Virus record (IMG/VR): IMGVR_UViG_2029527006_000005
DNA from: a virus
Taxonomy: Duplodnaviria; Heunggongvirae; Uroviricota; Caudoviricetes
Direction: 5' to 3' (one strand)
Length of the DNA: 64,000 nt
A program made the translations under genes and the position numbers. The number at the start of each line of letters is the position of its first letter. Position 1 is the first letter of the stretch. This document shows, piece by piece, positions 59,247-64,000 of the stretch. The notes under the pieces are model-generated. The model saw only the letters and a list, made by a program, of their open reading frames with translations. It ran no database searches and was not told the DNA's origin.

Positions 59247-59690
59247 TTATTCCTTTGGTTTAATGGTTAGTTCGCGAATCTCTTCCATTTCATTTGATAG
59301 CCTACGCATAACGAATTGAAGTTCATATTCGTACTTCTTAAGTACTTCTAAGACTTGTTCATTGTACATGTCAATACACTCTTGTTCATTATCAAATACG
59401 CATAAACCAATACCAGCATATGAGCGGTATCCGGTATTATCAAAAGGTGGAATGAGTTGCTTGAGGTTAGGGGAACCATCTTTTTTGAGTTTAGCTAGAC
59501 CTACGTGACTGTAGTAAATTTTTGGTTCTAGATCCGCATCACAAAAATCTTTAGAACCAGCAACATACACTTCAGTTGGCTTGACGTGTCGAATAGCTTT
59601 CTTATCTAACTCTTTGCGGTAGTCACAAACCCATAGCTTCTGACCAACGTATTTTTCACTATCAGTTAAATCTGTAATATCAATTTGCAT
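59247..59690 (-). CDS. Hypothetical protein (paralog of previous ORF)
   Basis: VKPTEV ... VFDNEQEC..MYNEQV. Confidence 0.6.
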   Translation of the reverse strand: MQIDITDLTDSEKYVGQKLWVCDYRKELDKKAIRHVKPTEVYVAGSKDFCDADLEPKIYYSHVGLAKLKKDGSPNLKQLIPPFDNTGYRSYAGIGLCVFDNEQECIDMYNEQVLEVLKKYEYELQFVMRRLSNEMEEIRELTIKPKE

Positions 59691-60742
59691 TATTCAAACC
59701 TCTTGTACTGTGTAGTAACAAAATCCTTACGAGTTTCTTGACGTTGCATTCCTAATAAATCTACTAGTAAATCGTCAATTTCTGGACCCCAAGCAACACC
59801 AAGCACTGCATTACCTTCATATGTATTAATATCAGTAACTGTATTTGGGATAGCAATTTGGAGTGGATCAAATGTTGACCATTGGATTTGTGCACGTTGT
59901 TCTTGTACTTGAGCTTCTAGTTGACGTACACGAGCAGCTTCCTCAACTCGACGTTGACGCTCTTTAACTAGTTCTGATTCTAGACGATCAATCTGCTTCT
60001 GCTGTGCCTGTAGAGTACATCTCATGTTCTCCAATTGGGCACTGATGTTATCTACCTTGTTTTGAAGTGATTCAATCTGTTCAATCATGCCGATTAGCAT
60101 AGGTAGAATGATTTTAATTGAAGTGAATGCTTGGTTGATAGCAGAAGGAATGAAGAACTCATACGATAGATCTTTAGCGTGGCGTTCAATATCATAGTAC
60201 TGAATAGGACAAACCAACCATGTGTTTAGGTTGTTTTTCTTAGCTTCACTAACGAAATTGTTATAAGCGTAGTGTACATATTTCTCATAATTACCAATTA
60301 GAATTTTATCTTTCCTGACTAATTCCATTTTCACATACTGTGTTGGAATAACTAGTAGACCTAGTTTTTCAGCTACTTCTAGAATTCCGGGAACACTTGT
60401 TCGACAGGATTTAAGTACTTTATCTTTCTTTCCGTACTTTGAAAATTCAGGTCCACCATAAGAACTATATCCAATTGAAGAAATAACATCAACTGGTTTG
60501 AAGTCCAAATAGTTCACTTCTTTATCTTTGGCAGATAGTCGTTCGTTGAACTTTTCAGTCATTTCACTGATAACGTTGTTTAAATCTGATCGTTTTGTAC
60601 TACCCAATTCCTTTGCAGCATTAACTAGGGCAGAACTAACATCGATGAACTGTTGAACCTCACCCGCTACTTCTTCAGCGTATTTTACGCCTTTCTTAGA
60701 ATTGCCGTACTTTACTTCTTTTAATAGATCTGCTAGAAGCAT
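59690..60742 (-). CDS. Coiled-coil hypothetical protein
   Basis: AGGAG RBS before MLLADL; long heptad region; FDPL..., WGPE. Confidence 0.65.
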   Translation of the reverse strand: MLLADLLKEVKYGNSKKGVKYAEEVAGEVQQFIDVSSALVNAAKELGSTKRSDLNNVISEMTEKFNERLSAKDKEVNYLDFKPVDVISSIGYSSYGGPEFSKYGKKDKVLKSCRTSVPGILEVAEKLGLLVIPTQYVKMELVRKDKILIGNYEKYVHYAYNNFVSEAKKNNLNTWLVCPIQYYDIERHAKDLSYEFFIPSAINQAFTSIKIILPMLIGMIEQIESLQNKVDNISAQLENMRCTLQAQQKQIDRLESELVKERQRRVEEAARVRQLEAQVQEQRAQIQWSTFDPLQIAIPNTVTDINTYEGNAVLGVAWGPEIDDLLVDLLGMQRQETRKDFVTTQYKRFE

Positions 60743-60752
60743 AAATGCTCTC

Positions 60753-61121
60753 CTATGTATGAATAATTTCTTTAATACCAAACTTCTTAATAGCAATACT
60801 GCAAATCTCACATGGTGCAGCAGTAATAGGATTACCATTATTGTCAACACGTGCGATCAGTAATGTGTGTACTTCTTTTCCTTTAGCAGCAACTAAAGCA
60901 GCAATCTCTGCGTGAACAAAGATTGCTTCAGGACGACCAGCCATTACAGCAAAGTGCTTCTGTACTGGATGTGACAGAGTGTAGGAATTGGTCTTGGTGC
61001 TGATTACACGACCTTTTTTGTCCAGTGCACGAGCAATAACGCGAAAGCGTCTACGTTCACTGGACTGTTCCAGAGGGGGCATATTGTTCAGTACTTTAAC
61101 TAATTTCTGTATCTCTGTCAT
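60753..61121 (-). CDS. Zn-dependent cytidine/dCMP deaminase-fold protein
   Basis: HAE and PCEIC motifs. Confidence 0.8.
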   Translation of the reverse strand: MTEIQKLVKVLNNMPPLEQSSERRRFRVIARALDKKGRVISTKTNSYTLSHPVQKHFAVMAGRPEAIFVHAEIAALVAAKGKEVHTLLIARVDNNGNPITAAPCEICSIAIKKFGIKEIIHT

Positions 61122-61747
61122 TTCCTCACCAAGTCGATTCCGTATTTTAATGAAAGTTCAGCTTCGTACACTTTGAATGTCTCTTTCTCTAAGTGCTCGT
61201 CAATTTCTTCGTATTCATCAATACTACACGTTTTCCGGTGCTCTGTCAAGGCTTGGATTGTTTTTTTCATGCACTCAATATCATCAGTGTATATTTCAAT
61301 CTGTTCTTTATCTAGTACATCATTCTTCCAATCTTCAGTGAGTCTCCATGAAGTATGAAGTTTTCTCGATTTGGCAGTAATCACTGATTTAGAAATGTTG
61401 ATACTATACACTTCTTTGAATTTAGCACTAGCTTCTTCTTCTGTATAATCCCCATACTTTTTCAATACTAAATTATACATATTATCAATTGCTTCTTCAT
61501 ATGTCCAACCGCCACAATCCAATTCATAATCATGACCTGACTCATACTTCTCTTCACCTTCATGTTTGAAGGGAACCATTACTTCAATCCACAACTGTAA
61601 CTTGGTGTTTAGTGGTTTATAATCCTCAATTCGTCCAGTACTTGGACATACCATATGTGGCTCTATTTCAATATGAACCATAGCACCATCTTTATTGATA
61701 AATGCAGGATGTTCAGTAACCCACCAATATTTGTCACATGTATTCAT
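61118..61747 (-). CDS. Hypothetical protein
   Basis: GGAG RBS; HDYELDCGG.TYEEAI. Confidence 0.65.
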   Translation of the reverse strand: MNTCDKYWWVTEHPAFINKDGAMVHIEIEPHMVCPSTGRIEDYKPLNTKLQLWIEVMVPFKHEGEEKYESGHDYELDCGGWTYEEAIDNMYNLVLKKYGDYTEEEASAKFKEVYSINISKSVITAKSRKLHTSWRLTEDWKNDVLDKEQIEIYTDDIECMKKTIQALTEHRKTCSIDEYEEIDEHLEKETFKVYEAELSLKYGIDLVRK

Positions 61748-61769
61748 AAATTCTCCATTCAATTAAAGC

Positions 61770-61880
61770 GAAAGTACTATCGCCCTCTGTTTTGGTATCT
61801 TTGAGTAGGGATACAGAGTATTCGCTGTGCGGTACGGACTTATACTGGATTTTGCCAGAGGCACGGCTTATAGTACTTTC
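61770..61880. ncRNA. Candidate ~110-nt structured intergenic RNA
   Basis: Perfect 11-bp terminal inverted repeat enclosing nested stems. Confidence 0.5.
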
Positions 61881-61887
61881 TTATTTG

Positions 61888-62229
61888 TTATCCGCGACTC
61901 AAGTCACCGATTAGGAATGAACCATCTTTCATTTCAAGTACTTGTACTTCTACTTCACCATCAAATTCAGTTTCGTCATCAAAGTAGTACTCAGTGATGC
62001 TGCGAATGTCTTTAATTTGAACATCATAACATTCACCATCTAGATCATAACCGAAGTCCGGTACATCAGCGTCAGCACGACTATCTTCATCGATTTCAAT
62101 CCAAACATAGTCTTCAGTAACGTTAGCAAAGTCTGCTTCCATGATACGGTCTTCATCAAAGAGAGCTTTCATATCATCAACGCCTTGACGTGCCATGTAC
62201 TCAATCAAAAAGTCTTTAGCTTGGGACAT
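61888..62229 (-). CDS. Hypothetical acidic protein
   Basis: AAGGA RBS; coupled ORF. Confidence 0.65.
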   Translation of the reverse strand: MSQAKDFLIEYMARQGVDDMKALFDEDRIMEADFANVTEDYVWIEIDEDSRADADVPDFGYDLDGECYDVQIKDIRSITEYYFDDETEFDGEVEVQVLEMKDGSFLIGDLSRG

Positions 62230-62231
62230 AA

Positions 62232-62420
62232 TTATTCCTTATTACAAATGTACTCAAATGATGGTAGTCCATTCACGAACACAATGTTCGAATCGGCTAC
62301 TGCACAGTTATCTGGAGCATTCGCACCAAATGGATGATATTCGGTATGACCGGGATCGTGTTGGAAATTAGTAACACAACCACTTAGAAGTACTGCTAGA
62401 CTTAGAATAATAATTTTCAT
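62232..62420 (-). CDS. Small lipoprotein
   Basis: MKIIILSLAVLLSGC lipobox. Confidence 0.75.
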   Translation of the reverse strand: MKIIILSLAVLLSGCVTNFQHDPGHTEYHPFGANAPDNCAVADSNIVFVNGLPSFEYICNKE

Positions 62421-62917
62421 TAGATAGTCCTCTTGCGAATTGGTTTAGATGAATCTGGTCTGAATTTATTGGTAGAACTGAAGTAACCCTTACCTTCAGG
62501 ACATGATTTATCGGCTGCTTTGTGCAAGCTGGGACTTTTCCCGCAGTGCAAACATTCAAAACCAACAATAGGAAGTGCATCTTCTACATAGTGTGGATCT
62601 TCGAGAATCATGACTGATACATAGTCATCAAATGCTTTTAGATCAACGAATCCATCAGTAATAAAATGCACGTTGTCATATTCAAGACCGTTTAGTAGAG
62701 ACTCGACTAAACCACCACCATCACCAACATTGAAATCCCAACCAGTATTGAACTCTTCAAGAGTACAGAAGTGTAGTTTAGTAGTAACTTTAACTACTTG
62801 TACTTCAGAATTAGCAGAAAGTGCATGTACTGTTTCATTAACAATTTTCTTTGTATGTTCCCAACGGTCCATATCAGTGAAAGAACCGGACGCATCTACT
62901 GCTACTAAAATTTTCAT
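62420..62917 (-). CDS. Short vWA-like protein with C-terminal Cys/His cluster
   Basis: VAVDASGS, FITDG, CLHCG..H...C. Confidence 0.65.
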   Translation of the reverse strand: MKILVAVDASGSFTDMDRWEHTKKIVNETVHALSANSEVQVVKVTTKLHFCTLEEFNTGWDFNVGDGGGLVESLLNGLEYDNVHFITDGFVDLKAFDDYVSVMILEDPHYVEDALPIVGFECLHCGKSPSLHKAADKSCPEGKGYFSSTNKFRPDSSKPIRKRTI

Positions 62918-62945
62918 AATTAACTCCAGTTGATTTGATAGGGGA

Positions 62946-62974
62946 ATTATATCAAGACACAAATCCCCTGTCAA
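62946..62974 (-). promoter_or_regulatory. Consensus sigma70 (early) promoter with extended -10
   Basis: TTGACA-N17-TATAAT with TG at the extended position. Confidence 0.85.
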
Positions 62975-62977
62975 CCA

Positions 62978-63823
62978 TTATTTTAGGGTGTCACGCCATT
63001 TATTCAACTTCACTAGCATATACGAAAGAAATTCCCGTTCAATTTCTTCTGGAGTCATCCCCGGACATTGTAACGCAAACATATCCATTGCACAGATTGC
63101 TAAATCAACCGCTTCACCTTTAACACCATCAGTACCTGCTTCTTTGTAAGATAGACCATCAGCGATGTTCATCTCAAGAGTCATTTCACCTAGTTCTTCG
63201 TTAGCTTTGCGAAGTACATAGTTTTCAGAACGGTAAGCATCGGAATTCTTTGGACCAAGACCAACACTCATATTGAACATAGATGTTAGTACTGGTTCAT
63301 CTAAATCAATTTGTTTGATGCGGTATTTTTTATCCATACTTCTCCATTCGTCGTGTGGGACAATGTTGTATGGGCTTAGTTCTGGATCAAAAACAGTCTC
63401 TTCTACTTTTGGTTTTAGTAGTGTATCAAGGCCATCTTTCATTGCTTTCTTCTGATTTTTAGTACAGAATTGTTCGAAATAAATTGATGCCCGACCACTG
63501 ATTTCAAGTAACTGATAGAACTCTTGAATACGGCGTGTATGTTTATCTTCGCCTTGGTGATGCTTATGAGCATACGCTAAACGGTAGATAGCTAGAAGTA
63601 CTTCACCATCAGGAGTAATCTTGTACTCATGGATAGCTTGGTCGTATAAGTCTTGTTGACCACATGAATTATATTCACCCCACAAACCGCTCGTTACCCA
63701 ATTAATCATTTTGTTTTTAATTAGATAATCTAAATTTTCAGACCACTTACCTTGATATTCACATGAGCGGATAGTAAAACCACCATTGTGTTTAGCGTGA
63801 TATAGAATCTTCTCTTTATCCAT
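62978..63823 (-). CDS. Protein with C-terminal MazG-like NTP pyrophosphohydrolase domain
   Basis: KANEELGE...GEAVDLAICAMD...KLNKW. Confidence 0.7.
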   Translation of the reverse strand: MDKEKILYHAKHNGGFTIRSCEYQGKWSENLDYLIKNKMINWVTSGLWGEYNSCGQQDLYDQAIHEYKITPDGEVLLAIYRLAYAHKHHQGEDKHTRRIQEFYQLLEISGRASIYFEQFCTKNQKKAMKDGLDTLLKPKVEETVFDPELSPYNIVPHDEWRSMDKKYRIKQIDLDEPVLTSMFNMSVGLGPKNSDAYRSENYVLRKANEELGEMTLEMNIADGLSYKEAGTDGVKGEAVDLAICAMDMFALQCPGMTPEEIEREFLSYMLVKLNKWRDTLK

Positions 63824-63894
63824 GATACTTCTCCGTTAGTACTTCACGATATACTTGTTTTCTTTGCATAATCACCTCAAAAGAAAAGGGAGCA

Positions 63895-64000
63895 TTAGCT
63901 CCCTTTGTATTGTTTTTTACGTTTAGTGCAGTTCTTCCAAGAACAGCTTCTTCTTACACAGATATCGTCCCAATGGGTACGAAGTTGTTTGTGCTTACGA
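63895..64000 (-). CDS. 3' end of a basic hypothetical protein (partial)
   Basis: ...RKHKQLRTHWDDICVRRSCSWKNCTKRKKQYKGS*; terminator-like hairpin 63884-63906. Confidence 0.45.
   Translation of the reverse strand, partial: RKHKQLRTHWDDICVRRSCSWKNCTKRKKQYKGS

Overview
This AT-rich, densely coding 64-kb window is a segment of a T4-related jumbo myophage genome. The gene set and order suggest the Rak2/GAP32/121Q-like group infecting enterobacteria (inference). The first 5.3 kb carries + strand tail-fibre-type genes; everything after is on the - strand. It includes a morphogenesis block (gp18 sheath, three tube-like genes, gp13 neck, gp4 head-completion nuclease, probable small terminase, acidic head proteins) and nucleotide metabolism genes (thyA, tk, dNMP kinase, nrdD/nrdG, glutaredoxin, Nudix). 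It also has an RNA-repair/translation cluster (CCA enzyme, RNA ligase, Ro/TROVE-like DUF2828, 2H phosphoesterase, HPF, Pth2-like), lysis genes (TM-LysM-lysozyme, i-/o-spanin), three paralogous fibre-like genes and many small hypothetical ORFs. The most notable signals are non-coding. (1) A promoter- and terminator-bounded, end-paired, highly structured ~480-nt RNA at 40.9-41.4 kb, followed by origin-like ssDNA hairpins. (2) Roughly ten-fold over-representation of the palindrome AGTACT. (3) A six-copy promoter class GGGACA-N17-TATAAT. (4) A perfect FNR box abutting the nrdD promoter. (5) Late promoters embedded in RBS-sequestering hairpins. (6) Several smaller structured intergenic RNAs. No tRNA, rRNA, CRISPR array or intron was recognised.
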